Below, in pieces: positions 1 through 9,103 of a DNA stretch of 35,443 nucleotides (position 1 is the first letter of the stretch; each line of letters opens with the position of its first letter). The position numbers and the translations under genes are program-made. The notes beneath the pieces were generated by a model that made no database searches, had not been told where the DNA came from, and saw only the letters and a list, made by a program, of their open reading frames with translations. The stretch comes from Elusimicrobiota bacterium (lineage in GTDB: Bacteria > Elusimicrobiota > Elusimicrobia > Elusimicrobiales > UBA9959). The stretch is from NCBI GenBank assembly GCA_036574205.1, contig JAINCQ010000005.1:1-35443 (forward strand), read 5' to 3'.

Positions 1-311
1 TGGAGGAAAAGATGGGAGAGTATATTACCTGATGCAGTTAAATGTTTAGAAGAAGATATAGAAGAGTTACTGAATTTTTACAGATGTCCTAAGGAATTTT
101 CCAAGCACTTACGAACTACAAATGCAATAGAGAGGGTGTTTCGTGAAGTAAGAAGAAGGACGCGGACAATGAGTTGTTTTCAAAATAAGGATAGTTTAGA
201 AAGGATAATATATGCAATATTTTATAGAATGAATAAAAAATATGGCAATAATTTGAATATAATGGAGGATACCCAATTTTTGAGAAATTACACAAAATTA
301 TTGACATTACC
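1..311 (+). mobile_element. IS256-family insertion sequence, right part (left part outside window)
   Basis: Transposase C-terminus in frame 1 followed by an IS256-type terminal repeat, TTACACAAAATTATTGACATTACC, ending at 311. Confidence 0.85.
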
Positions 312-315
312 GTAA
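1..315 (+). CDS. IS256-family (mutator-type) transposase, 5'-truncated
   Basis: Manual translation of frame 1: ...FYRCPKEFSKHLRTTNAIERVFREVRRRTRTMSCFQNKDSLERIIY...LLTLP*. RTTNxIERxFRExRRR is the IS256 signature. Not in the ORF track because there is no start codon in the window. Confidence 0.9.
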   Translation, partial: WRKRWESILPDAVKCLEEDIEELLNFYRCPKEFSKHLRTTNAIERVFREVRRRTRTMSCFQNKDSLERIIYAIFYRMNKKYGNNLNIMEDTQFLRNYTKLLTLP

Positions 316-329
316 CTCATACATACTAT
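301..329 (+). promoter_or_regulatory. Putative hybrid sigma-70 promoter (-35 from IS end, -10 from flanking DNA)
   Basis: TTGACA 301-306, 17-nt spacer, TACTAT 324-329. Confidence 0.5.
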
Positions 330-385
330 TGACATGGACTTGTAAAATATGATAAAAAATATTTATAAAAGTATTAGGAGGTTAA

Positions 386-874
386 ATGAAAAAGAGAGGA
401 TTCACGTTAGTTGAACTTATGATAGTTATAGTTATTATCGGTATACTGGCAGCCGTTGCAATACCGAAGTTTGCTGATATGGTTGATAAGTCAAAAGAGG
501 GTGCTACAAAAGCTCAGCTTACAGCATTAAGATCAGCGCTTCAGGTTTATTATGGGGATAATGAGGGAAAATTCCCTCGAACTTCAGTCTCCCAAACCAA
601 CACTCCTCAGGCAGATTCTGTTGTGCTTAACACAACCCTTATACCAAAATATATATCTGATATAGGAATGGCAAAGCTTCCTGTAAAAACTGGAAATCAT
701 ACTTGTGCAAGAGAAAACTCACAGGTATATGTGGTAAATGTGCCTACACAAAATGCAAGTACAACACAGGGTGGTTGGGCATATGATGGCTCTGATACTA
801 ATAATACATGGGGAGACCTTAGAGTAAACTGCTCAGGTTACACCCTCACAAATGTATCATGGACAAGTTTCTGA
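386..874 (+). CDS. Type IV pilin / GspG-like prepilin
   Basis: Class III signal MKKRG|FTLVELMIVIVIIGILAAVAIPKF with E5; C-terminal Cys pair; GGAGG RBS; own terminator. Confidence 0.92.
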   Translation: MKKRGFTLVELMIVIVIIGILAAVAIPKFADMVDKSKEGATKAQLTALRSALQVYYGDNEGKFPRTSVSQTNTPQADSVVLNTTLIPKYISDIGMAKLPVKTGNHTCARENSQVYVVNVPTQNASTTQGGWAYDGSDTNNTWGDLRVNCSGYTLTNVSWTSF

Positions 875-904
875 GCTTTAGTTAAAACTTAAGGAAAACT
901 TTTT

Positions 905-934
905 AAAAGCCCGCTTTTCAAAAGCGGGCTTTTT
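905..934. terminator. Bidirectional intrinsic terminator
   Basis: Palindrome AAAAGCCCGCTTTT-C-AAAAGCGGGCTTTTT between convergent pilin and pilD. Confidence 0.9.
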
Positions 935-948
935 ATTTTTTCCAACTT

Positions 949-1719
949 TTAAAATAAATTTAGTGTATTTATATTGAAATATATCTTAATAAGACATCCT
1001 GAGGCAAGGAAAGGACCAAATGGTATATAAGAAAATCTTGATATTTTTTTAAAAAGGATAAGTAAAATACCATAGAAAGCACCAATAAAAGATGCTATAA
1101 TTATCACATCTATAACTCCCTTAACCCCAACAATGCTTCCAATTGAACCAAGTAAAAAAATATCTCCTTCACCCATTGCTTCTTTTTTATATATTATTTT
1201 TCCTATTATTAACAACAAATATACAACTCCAGCTCCCATAACAATCCCTGAAAAACATGATATTAATCTGTTTAAGAAATATCCGTTATAAAGTGGATTT
1301 ATAAAACAAGACATTACCCCTATAAAGGCAATAATATATGAAAATAAATCTGAAAGCATCATCGTTTTAAAATCAATAACACTTATAATTATTAAAACAT
1401 AAGATATAAATGTAGCGGATAAAAACCATAAAAAGTTTTCGCTTCCCCATTTCATATAAAAAACAAGGGTTATTATCCCTGAAATAAGCTCAATCATTGG
1501 GTATTCAATACTTATTTTCTCTTGGCAATTTCTGCATCTTCCATTTAAGATTATATAACTTACAATTGGTATGTTATCATACCATTTTATAGGAATTTTA
1601 CACTTTGGACAAAACGAGGGGGGATAAATTATTGAAATTTCTTTTATATTGCGATATATTACGACATTTAAAAAACTACCAATACATAACCCGGTTATAA
1701 AAATCAATATTTCAAGCAT
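949..1719 (-). CDS. pilD: Prepilin peptidase / N-methyltransferase
   Basis: GSFLNVVIYR, CPKC and CRNC Zn motifs, MGEGD catalytic motif, IPFGPFL. Confidence 0.95.
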   Translation of the reverse strand: MLEILIFITGLCIGSFLNVVIYRNIKEISIIYPPSFCPKCKIPIKWYDNIPIVSYIILNGRCRNCQEKISIEYPMIELISGIITLVFYMKWGSENFLWFLSATFISYVLIIISVIDFKTMMLSDLFSYIIAFIGVMSCFINPLYNGYFLNRLISCFSGIVMGAGVVYLLLIIGKIIYKKEAMGEGDIFLLGSIGSIVGVKGVIDVIIIASFIGAFYGILLILFKKISRFSYIPFGPFLASGCLIKIYFNINTLNLF

Positions 1720-1856
1720 AATAAATATTGAAAACTAAAATTAAGCATATAAAAAATTTTATAGAAAATAAAAATCGCTTGCCGCTCATTTTTCTCTCAA
1801 AACCCATTCCTCGGCATGAATATTACCTTCCGGGACGGTTTAACTGCTATATTTTT

Positions 1857-1896
1857 CACCCTCATCCTTTGTCTTCCCCCATCAAGGGGGAAGGAA
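1857..1896. repeat. REP-like GC-rich palindrome
   Basis: CACCCTCATCC leader, then stem CTTCCCCC-ATCAA-GGGGGAAG (1873-1893). Confidence 0.6.
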
Positions 1897-1924
1897 TTTT
1901 AATATCTCAAAAGAACTCTCCCAC

Positions 1925-2036
1925 AAATAAATTTTGCTAACCGCAAAATTTTTCTCAAGGTCCACGCCCCTCGCAAAACTGCAAGCACAAGTTTTGCTGC
2001 GGGCTTTCGAATCCCGCGAAATGCTTAACGCATTTC
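1925..2036 (-). other. Multi-hairpin structured element in the tRNA-Leu 3' trailer
   Basis: Stems at 1929-1951, 1973-1997, 1999-2017 (imperfect) and 2018-2036. Confidence 0.5.
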
Positions 2037-2047
2037 TTAGTAAAGCA

Positions 2048-2131
2048 TGCCGAAGGAGGGATTCGAACCCTCAATCCCGAAAGGGAATACGGTCCTGAGC
2101 CGTACGCGTCTGCCAGTTCCGCCACTTCGGC
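2048..2131 (-). tRNA. tRNA-Leu(CAG)
   Basis: Reverse complement GCCGAAGTGGCGGAACTGGCAGACGCGTACGGCT-CAG-GACCGTA, long variable arm, GGTTCGAATCCCTCCTTCGGCA; no encoded CCA. Confidence 0.97.
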
Positions 2132-2173
2132 TTATATTTAAAAGAACTATTAAAAATTGCTAAACTATATTTT

Positions 2174-2632
2174 ATGAAAAAAAAGGGTGAAATAGAAATT
2201 ATAGCCACAAATAGAAGAGCAAGGTTTGACTATGAAATACTTGAAACTTATACTGCTGGAATAGTTTTGCTTGGACCTGAAATCAAATCTATAAGATTAA
2301 AACATGTCAATATGAACTCAGGATTTGCTAAAGTGGAAAATGAAGAGGTTTTTTTATATGGAATGCAGATATCTCCCTATGAATACAACACCATTCATAA
2401 TATTGATGAGTTTAGAAAAAGAAAATTATTATTGAAGAAAAGGGAGATTAAAAGACTTAAATCTCAAACAGAGAAAAAGGGATATTCAATAATACCTCTT
2501 GAAATATTTCTTAAAAATGGCTGGGCTAAAATAAAACTTGCAGTTGGAAAAGGAAGAAAAAAATTCGATAAGAAAGAATATCTTAAAGAAAAAGATATAG
2601 AAAAACAAACCCGTAGAGAATTAAATTATTAA
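2174..2632 (+). CDS. smpB: SsrA-binding protein
   Basis: IATNRRARFDYEILETYTAGIVLLGPEIKSIR, RKRKLLL, GKGRKKFDKKE. Confidence 0.97.
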   Translation: MKKKGEIEIIATNRRARFDYEILETYTAGIVLLGPEIKSIRLKHVNMNSGFAKVENEEVFLYGMQISPYEYNTIHNIDEFRKRKLLLKKREIKRLKSQTEKKGYSIIPLEIFLKNGWAKIKLAVGKGRKKFDKKEYLKEKDIEKQTRRELNY

Positions 2633-2639
2633 CTTTAAA

Positions 2640-3365
2640 TTAAAACCTGATCCCTGCAGATGCGTTAAAACCGCTTCTTTCTTTATATAAATCGTAAGCC
2701 ACTGAAAGGTTTACCAATTTTATCTTAAACCTCATCCCAATAGTATATCTCTGTATTTTTTTAAAAATTGATTTATCTTCCAACGAAATATCATTATTGG
2801 TTTTAATCCTTAATTCAACTGAATCAAATCCTCCGCTTATATAAGGCATCATATAGTTTGTCAGTCTCATTGAAAAGGCAAGTTGCGCTCCAAAACTTGT
2901 CATATAAAAATATTTATATAAACCCATATGAGAATTTAAAGAAAGAGCTATATTCACTTTGTACAATTCGTCAGTAACATTTCTAATACCATATTTTATT
3001 CCACCGCCTATTACATTAAATCCATCATCACCACCAGCCCTTAAATATGTGTCTATTCTATATGGTAGACCTGTTTCAACCTGAACATAATTTATTCCAA
3101 AAGCCTTATTTTTATTAAAAATTGTATCATCATCCAGCGGCTTTGTTTGATATGCAGTTTTGTAGCTTACAGCAAAACCGCCAAAACCAAGCACCCTTGC
3201 GCTATAAAGAGTGGAAGCCCCAACAATATTGCCAAGGTCTTCGGTAAACGCCTGTATTGATGTTAAAGATGCGCTTTTAAAATTATTATAATCATTACCA
3301 AACATAAAAACCTGACCAAAAATCAAAAAAATAAAAATATTATATATTAAAAATCTTGCTTTCAT
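2640..3365 (-). CDS. Hypothetical outer-membrane beta-barrel protein
   Basis: N-terminal hydrophobic signal, alternating beta-strand pattern, C-terminal ASAGIRF. Confidence 0.65.
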   Translation of the reverse strand: MKARFLIYNIFIFLIFGQVFMFGNDYNNFKSASLTSIQAFTEDLGNIVGASTLYSARVLGFGGFAVSYKTAYQTKPLDDDTIFNKNKAFGINYVQVETGLPYRIDTYLRAGGDDGFNVIGGGIKYGIRNVTDELYKVNIALSLNSHMGLYKYFYMTSFGAQLAFSMRLTNYMMPYISGGFDSVELRIKTNNDISLEDKSIFKKIQRYTIGMRFKIKLVNLSVAYDLYKERSGFNASAGIRF

Positions 3366-3368
3366 AGC

Positions 3369-4223
3369 CTAACCTCCAGTAAAGCTAATTTTTTTATAAA
3401 GTTCTTCATCAATTCGCCGCTGGCGAATAATAGCAAAAATAAAAGCTATATTTAAAACAACAATCACATAAAGGAAGAAAAGTTCTATCCTTCCAAAAAA
3501 TGAAAGTATTATAATCCCGTTTATTTTCCAGTTATCTCCTAAAAGATTTATAAATTGTATATTTGAAAGCATTTTCTTCCTATATTCCAATATCTCACTA
3601 TCGCTTAAAATAGAATTCTTTTTTTCAACAATATTTTTTATATATTCCATATGAACGCTACATATTGCCTTTTGATATGACGAATAAAAAATATAAATTT
3701 TTTTCATCATCCCGCTACCATAGTTATATAATTCGTCAAATTTGTTTTTTGAAATATGTATTATTGCAGTTCTATAAAAATCATAGACGCTTGAATGAAT
3801 AATATTTGATAGCCCCGCTATAATCATTAGAATAAAAGAAATGTATCCAGTTGTTTTAAAATACTTTATACCTATTACAAGATAAATAAAACCAAACATA
3901 AGATAACCAGCAAGTCCATCTATTATCCTTCCATAAATAGATTTTTTACCAGTCATTCTCGCAAGCTGACCGTCTGAGCTATCAAGCACGCTGGCTAAAA
4001 CTATAAAAATTGCTCCCAAAAATAAAAAATCATAATATATTAAAAAACCACCTAAAATTCCAACAAACATACCAATAATAGAAACAGTATTCGGGGAAAA
4101 ACCAAGACGATTAAATATCAAAGCAAATCTGTAACCAAAAGGATGATAAAATTTAAGATCAAAAATATCTTCTATTTCTTTATCTTTACAAAACATTAAA
4201 TACTTATTTTCCGCCAGTTCCAC
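3369..4223 (-). CDS. CDP-alcohol phosphatidyltransferase family protein
   Basis: SPNTVS and DSSDGQLARMTGKKSIYGRIID motif; multiple TM segments. Confidence 0.9.
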   Translation of the reverse strand: MELAENKYLMFCKDKEIEDIFDLKFYHPFGYRFALIFNRLGFSPNTVSIIGMFVGILGGFLIYYDFLFLGAIFIVLASVLDSSDGQLARMTGKKSIYGRIIDGLAGYLMFGFIYLVIGIKYFKTTGYISFILMIIAGLSNIIHSSVYDFYRTAIIHISKNKFDELYNYGSGMMKKIYIFYSSYQKAICSVHMEYIKNIVEKKNSILSDSEILEYRKKMLSNIQFINLLGDNWKINGIIILSFFGRIELFFLYVIVVLNIAFIFAIIRQRRIDEELYKKISFTGG

Positions 4224-5979
4224 CTATAACCTCTCTTACGGTTGTCATTCCATTTATAACTTTCATCAGTCCATCACAAACTATCGTTCTCATTCCGCGC
4301 GAAATAGCAAGTTTTCTTAAAGGTTCATTCGCATAATCTTTTAACATAAACTCTCTTATGGCATCATCTAAAACAAGAAGTTCATGCATCCCTATTCTTC
4401 CCTTAAATCCGCTGTTATTGCAACTTTTGCAACCCTTAGGCTGATAAAATTTAACACCTTCTGGTAATTGAATGTTATTAGCATTAAAAATCTCTATCTC
4501 CTCAGGTCTGGGATCATAAGGCTCTTTACACTCGTCGCATAAGCGTCTGGCAAGTCTTTGGGAAAGAACAGCTTTTAGTGTTGAAGCAACAATATAACCC
4601 GGGATTCCCATCTCAATTAATCGTGAAACACTTGATGTGGCATCATTGGTATGTATAGTTGAAAAAACAAGATGTCCGGTCATCGCAGCTTCCATGGCTA
4701 TTTCAGCGGTCTCTTTATCCCTTATCTCTCCAACCATTATAACATCAGGATCAAGCCTCAAAAAAGATCTTAATGCAAGCGCAAAATCAAATTTCTTGTC
4801 CTCACCTAATTTTATATCTGGATTTACCGGTACCTGAACTATTCCATCAAGATTGTATTCAACAGGATTTTCGGCTGTAAGTATTTTTATATCAGGACGG
4901 TTAATATAATTTAATGCAGCATATAAGGTTGTGGATTTCCCTGAACCGGTAGGGCCACAAACAAGAATAAGACCAAAGTTCTTCTTTCCACCTATACCAC
5001 CAAGTAGTTTTAAAAATTTATCAAGAGTATCTTCAAGAAAAGCAAGTTTCTTTATATCCACCTGAACAGCTTTTCTATCCAAAATACGCATAACACATGA
5101 CTCGCCATAAACTGTCGGAATAACCTCAACTCTAAATTCTATTGGATTTCCCTTGGCAATAAGTTGTATTCTACCGCTTTGAGGAATTCTACGCTCGGTT
5201 ATATTCATTGAATTTGTCATTATTTTTATCTTAGCTATAACAGCATTCCTGAAACTCCATGGAATATTAAAAGGAGCTAATTTAAGCATTCCGTCTATCC
5301 TATATCTGACAAGAACTTTTGAATTTTTTCCAGAAGGATCTTCAAAAGGCTCTATATGTATATCGCTGGCTTTCTGGGACAACGCGCCTAAAAAAATTCC
5401 ATTCACTATTTTCTCAACCTCAGGTGCAGATGGGTCTATGTCTGTTATATCTTTCTTTTCAACCTTTTCAAACTGAGAAATTTCTGTATCGCTTGCTTTT
5501 TGAGTTATCTCCTCAACTATCTGAGCAACCTTGGCAGTTGACTGAACACCATAAGTGTGTTCTATAAGCCTGCTAATCCAGTGTGGAAGAGAAAGATATA
5601 CCTGAACATTAAACCCGGTTCTTAATGATATATCCTCCGCAACCATAAAATCGCGAGGATCTGACATTGCAAGATAAAGATCCTTTTCCTTTTTGCCAAA
5701 CGCTATGCAAATGTGTTTTTTTGCAACTACTTCTGGAACTATAGAAAGAACCTCGGGGGGAGGATCTATTTTGCTTAAATCAACTGGCTTATATCCCCAT
5801 TCAATGGACATTGCTTTAAGACATTTTACTTCATCTATCAATTTTTTTTCGCAAAGATAGGAAAGTATATTTTTATTTTCTTTTTTCGCTTCTTCAAAAT
5901 ATTTAACATAATTTTCTTCCGAAATAAACTTATAAGATATAAGTATCTCTTTTACATTCTTCTTTTTTTGAAGTATCAT
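4204..5979 (-). CDS. pilB: Type IV pilus / T2SS assembly ATPase (PilB/GspE)
   Basis: ASDIHIEP, Walker A GPTGSGKSTT, LRLDPDVIMVGEIRD, TGHLVFSTIHTN, CDEC/CKSC Zn site. Confidence 0.93.
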   Translation of the reverse strand: MILQKKKNVKEILISYKFISEENYVKYFEEAKKENKNILSYLCEKKLIDEVKCLKAMSIEWGYKPVDLSKIDPPPEVLSIVPEVVAKKHICIAFGKKEKDLYLAMSDPRDFMVAEDISLRTGFNVQVYLSLPHWISRLIEHTYGVQSTAKVAQIVEEITQKASDTEISQFEKVEKKDITDIDPSAPEVEKIVNGIFLGALSQKASDIHIEPFEDPSGKNSKVLVRYRIDGMLKLAPFNIPWSFRNAVIAKIKIMTNSMNITERRIPQSGRIQLIAKGNPIEFRVEVIPTVYGESCVMRILDRKAVQVDIKKLAFLEDTLDKFLKLLGGIGGKKNFGLILVCGPTGSGKSTTLYAALNYINRPDIKILTAENPVEYNLDGIVQVPVNPDIKLGEDKKFDFALALRSFLRLDPDVIMVGEIRDKETAEIAMEAAMTGHLVFSTIHTNDATSSVSRLIEMGIPGYIVASTLKAVLSQRLARRLCDECKEPYDPRPEEIEIFNANNIQLPEGVKFYQPKGCKSCNNSGFKGRIGMHELLVLDDAIREFMLKDYANEPLRKLAISRGMRTIVCDGLMKVINGMTTVREVIGGTGGK

Positions 5980-5989
5980 AAATAAAAAA

Positions 5990-6322
5990 CTATTTCACCT
6001 CAACTTCATCTCCAATTGATATTTTACCATAAACAAAGCCTGAATTAAATTCTATAGCATACTTACTATCATAAAATTTTGAAAACCTCCATGGCTTCAT
6101 TCTGACAATATCAAGCACCTTATTTTCTTTTGAAACAAAGACAACATCAATAGTAAATCTCATAAAACAACTGTGAACTGCTGGACAATTTGTTATCATT
6201 AAACATTCAGATTCCTCTAATTTTTTTTTAGGTATCAAACCAAGAAATCTGTTAATAAAATTATTTGCAATTTTTAATTTATCAGAAACCACAATATTTT
6301 TTGTCTTGTTATATAAAATCAT
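5990..6322 (-). CDS. DUF192 family protein
   Basis: ANNFINRFLGL, VHSCFMRFTIDVVF, MKPWR, AIEFNSG. Confidence 0.85.
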   Translation of the reverse strand: MILYNKTKNIVVSDKLKIANNFINRFLGLIPKKKLEESECLMITNCPAVHSCFMRFTIDVVFVSKENKVLDIVRMKPWRFSKFYDSKYAIEFNSGFVYGKISIGDEVEVK

Positions 6323-7887
6323 CTAAAAAGCAGAAATTTAGTTTTGAAATGCCCTTTATCAGACTTATAGTAAGCAACATATACACCTGGGGCTACATAT
6401 AGGCCACTAGAGTTTTTACCATCCCAGATAAAACCTTTAACCCCATCTTTTGCTGCATAAGCAACAAAACTTCCACTAAAATCATATATAAGAAGTTTAT
6501 CATCCGGATATATTGCAGTATTCTTAACAGAAAATTTTATAAAACCATGTTTTGAAATATAAAATGGATTAGGCCATGCAACAAAATCATCTGATATACC
6601 CTTTTCGCTAAGATCTGACTCAAGATATGATAAAGCTTTATACATATCCACCCTTCCCCAACCATATTTTTTATCCGGACCCTCATCACCAAGATCTTTC
6701 GCAGTCTTTTTAACTATATTAATAACCTCATAATTTTTTAATTGAGGTCTTTTACCCCATACAGCTGCCAAAACAGCCGCTGTAATAGGAGAAGAAAAAG
6801 AAGTCCCACTAATTGGATCTCCACTAACCGTATCACCATAAACTCCCCCAACTAATGTCGTATAAATATTTGTCCCCGGAGCCGATACCCCGTTTAGCAT
6901 AGGCGAACCATAGTTAGAAAAATATGCTAACTCGTCGTTTTCATCAGTTGCACTTACTGGAACAACATTTAAACAGTTTGCCGGAGTACCAACTGGTCCA
7001 CCTTCATTACCTGCTGCCGCCACTATTATAGCACCGCTATTATAAACATCAGTCACAACTGTTTGTAAGGGCTGATAACACTCTCCTTCACCTCCAAGGC
7101 TCATATTTATAACTATTTTTCCATAAGAGTCATTAATAAGATTATTTAAAATATGGCTAAGAGCCCCTATAAGCCCAGCTTCTGTCAAAAAATCTCCTCT
7201 AAAAACATCATACGAATATATCTTTACCCCAGTTATGCCTGATGAACTACTACTTACAGCTATACCACTTATTCCTTTGAGGTTATTTCTTATAGCTCCT
7301 ATTATTCCGCTTACCAAGGTTCCATGACTTTCAGATTGATTAAAACTGGGTTTATTCTCAGTTGATATATTTACTCCAAAATCATTTTCAGATATAACAA
7401 TTTGAGTTGAATATAGTATCTCTGATATATCCGGGTGGGTGGAATCAATTCCAGAATCAACTACCACAACAGTAACAGTTGTTTTGTATTCCTCAAAATC
7501 CCATGCCATCGTGGCCTGTATTTTATTTAAATAATACTGCTTTGAAAAATAAGGGTCATTTGGAACATTAAACAACTTAAACACTCTATTTGGATAAATT
7601 TTAAAACCAGATGCAGAAAGTATCTTAAAAGAGGAATTAAAAGAAATATCTTTTTTACCGCTGGCTATATAAAAATTTTTGTATATTTTTTCAATTTTAT
7701 CATATCCTGATGCCTTTAATCTACTTATAACCTCATCTTTATTCAATTCATTAATTTCTAAAATAATCTGTCCTTTTACTGCTTCAATTTCAATCTCCTG
7801 ACCGTTGATTAAAACCTTAAATTTTTCCGTTTCAATAGCAAAAGAACTATAGCCAAACATAAATAACAAAAAAATTAATTTTTTCAT
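6319..7887 (-). CDS. Secreted S8 subtilase with C-terminal FlgD-Ig / T9SS type A-like domain
   Basis: Signal peptide; triad VVDSGID, SHGTLVSG, GTSFSSP; AAAGN oxyanion motif; tail AWPNPF...IYDFSG...WDGKNSSGLYVAPGVY. Confidence 0.9.
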   Translation of the reverse strand: MKKLIFLLFMFGYSSFAIETEKFKVLINGQEIEIEAVKGQIILEINELNKDEVISRLKASGYDKIEKIYKNFYIASGKKDISFNSSFKILSASGFKIYPNRVFKLFNVPNDPYFSKQYYLNKIQATMAWDFEEYKTTVTVVVVDSGIDSTHPDISEILYSTQIVISENDFGVNISTENKPSFNQSESHGTLVSGIIGAIRNNLKGISGIAVSSSSSGITGVKIYSYDVFRGDFLTEAGLIGALSHILNNLINDSYGKIVINMSLGGEGECYQPLQTVVTDVYNSGAIIVAAAGNEGGPVGTPANCLNVVPVSATDENDELAYFSNYGSPMLNGVSAPGTNIYTTLVGGVYGDTVSGDPISGTSFSSPITAAVLAAVWGKRPQLKNYEVINIVKKTAKDLGDEGPDKKYGWGRVDMYKALSYLESDLSEKGISDDFVAWPNPFYISKHGFIKFSVKNTAIYPDDKLLIYDFSGSFVAYAAKDGVKGFIWDGKNSSGLYVAPGVYVAYYKSDKGHFKTKFLLFR

Positions 7888-8405
7888 TTCTCCTCACCCT
7901 CACTTAAAGATTTCCATTTATCTATAATATCTAGATTAAACTTTTTTTTATATTCATCATCTATGAATTTAAAATTTTTAGGTGGATATACTATATAAAA
8001 ATTATTCTTCTTTATTAATCCAAAAATAACATTTATCTCATCATCAAAACTAACAACAAGATTTGCTATCCTCGATTTTGAGTTAAGTTTTTTTATATCA
8101 ATAATTTTATAATCTGGCTTTTTAGATGTATTTTTAAAACTTCTATCACATTCTCTTATTGAATTTAATATATCCATATAAGTTTTTCTGGAAGATACAT
8201 ATATATTTTCAAATTTTCTATCATGAAATTCATCATAAGGCATATTAAAATAAGAATATTCTTTAAAATTATATTTTATCCCCGTTATATTAAAGACATA
8301 GTTAAAAGATAACGTATAACTTTGAGTTTCTTTTATACATCCAGTTATATCAAGAGTATAAGCAGGTTTTAAAAAATTGAGAAAAACAAAAAATATGAAT
8401 TTCAA
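7884..8405 (-). CDS. Hypothetical protein with two SpoVG-like repeats and a possible signal peptide
   Basis: 4-nt overlaps with both neighbours; LSFNYVFNITGIK...FNMP and IANLVVSFDDEINV...IVYPP resemble SpoVG strands. Confidence 0.55.
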   Translation of the reverse strand: MKFIFFVFLNFLKPAYTLDITGCIKETQSYTLSFNYVFNITGIKYNFKEYSYFNMPYDEFHDRKFENIYVSSRKTYMDILNSIRECDRSFKNTSKKPDYKIIDIKKLNSKSRIANLVVSFDDEINVIFGLIKKNNFYIVYPPKNFKFIDDEYKKKFNLDIIDKWKSLSEGEEK

Positions 8406-9103
8406 TTTTTTGCTCCCTCAGCATTTAGATTTCTTACTATCTCTAAGAGATCAGAAATATCCTCAAGGACAAAATCTGCACCAGAATCCTTTGTGTCAAA
8501 TTGGTTTCCATACTTTGCCCATGCAGTAATCATTCCTATATTTTTTGCTCCAACTATATCCCTTTCAGCCCAGTCTCCAACCATAATTGTTTTGCCAGGT
8601 GTAATATTCATCAGTTCAATTATTTTTTTAAAAGGTTTTGGACTTGGTTTTCTTTCAAAAGTATCTTCAAAGGTAACAACCTTCTCAAAATAATGATGCA
8701 AACCAAGCGAAACTATTCTAAGCCACACAGGCAAACGTGGGGCATCAGAAACTATCCCAAGTCTTATCCCCATTTTCAAAAGTCCAGAGAGAGTTAAGCC
8801 GGTATGAGGATAAAGGGTCATATTGGCTTCTTTAGCTTTTCTATATCCTATTATTCCAGAAGCAAGTATTTTATAATCTATCTCACCAAACTCTTTTTCA
8901 AGAACCTTATCAAATATATTCTGATCTTCTATTCCTTCCTCCCAGTAAATCTTAAATATTTTATCTATCATCTCATGTTTTTTTGCTTTAAGTCCAGCAT
9001 CTATCATATGATCAACCGCGGCATCTACAGCGGCCCGTTTCATCTTCATAAAATCCATCAAGGTATTATCTATGTCAAATATGACTGCTTCGACTTTCAT
9101 CAA
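8402..9103 (-). CDS. HAD-superfamily hydrolase (subfamily IA)
   Basis: FDIDNTL, VSD, RKPSPKPF, MVGDWAERDIVGA. Confidence 0.92.
   Translation of the reverse strand: MMKVEAVIFDIDNTLMDFMKMKRAAVDAAVDHMIDAGLKAKKHEMIDKIFKIYWEEGIEDQNIFDKVLEKEFGEIDYKILASGIIGYRKAKEANMTLYPHTGLTLSGLLKMGIRLGIVSDAPRLPVWLRIVSLGLHHYFEKVVTFEDTFERKPSPKPFKKIIELMNITPGKTIMVGDWAERDIVGAKNIGMITAWAKYGNQFDTKDSGADFVLEDISDLLEIVRNLNAEGAKN

Noticed and set aside
116..307. 63-aa minus-strand ORF
   Set aside because: Antisense shadow of the IS256 transposase
1728..1940. 70-aa ORF containing HPHPLSSPIKGEG
   Set aside because: TTG start without an RBS; it is a translation of the REP-like and hairpin sequence
1720..2045. Riboswitch (e.g. 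c-di-GMP) upstream of pilD, or tmRNA next to smpB
   Set aside because: No recognisable aptamer consensus and no tmRNA termini or tag ORF by eye; an Rfam scan would settle it
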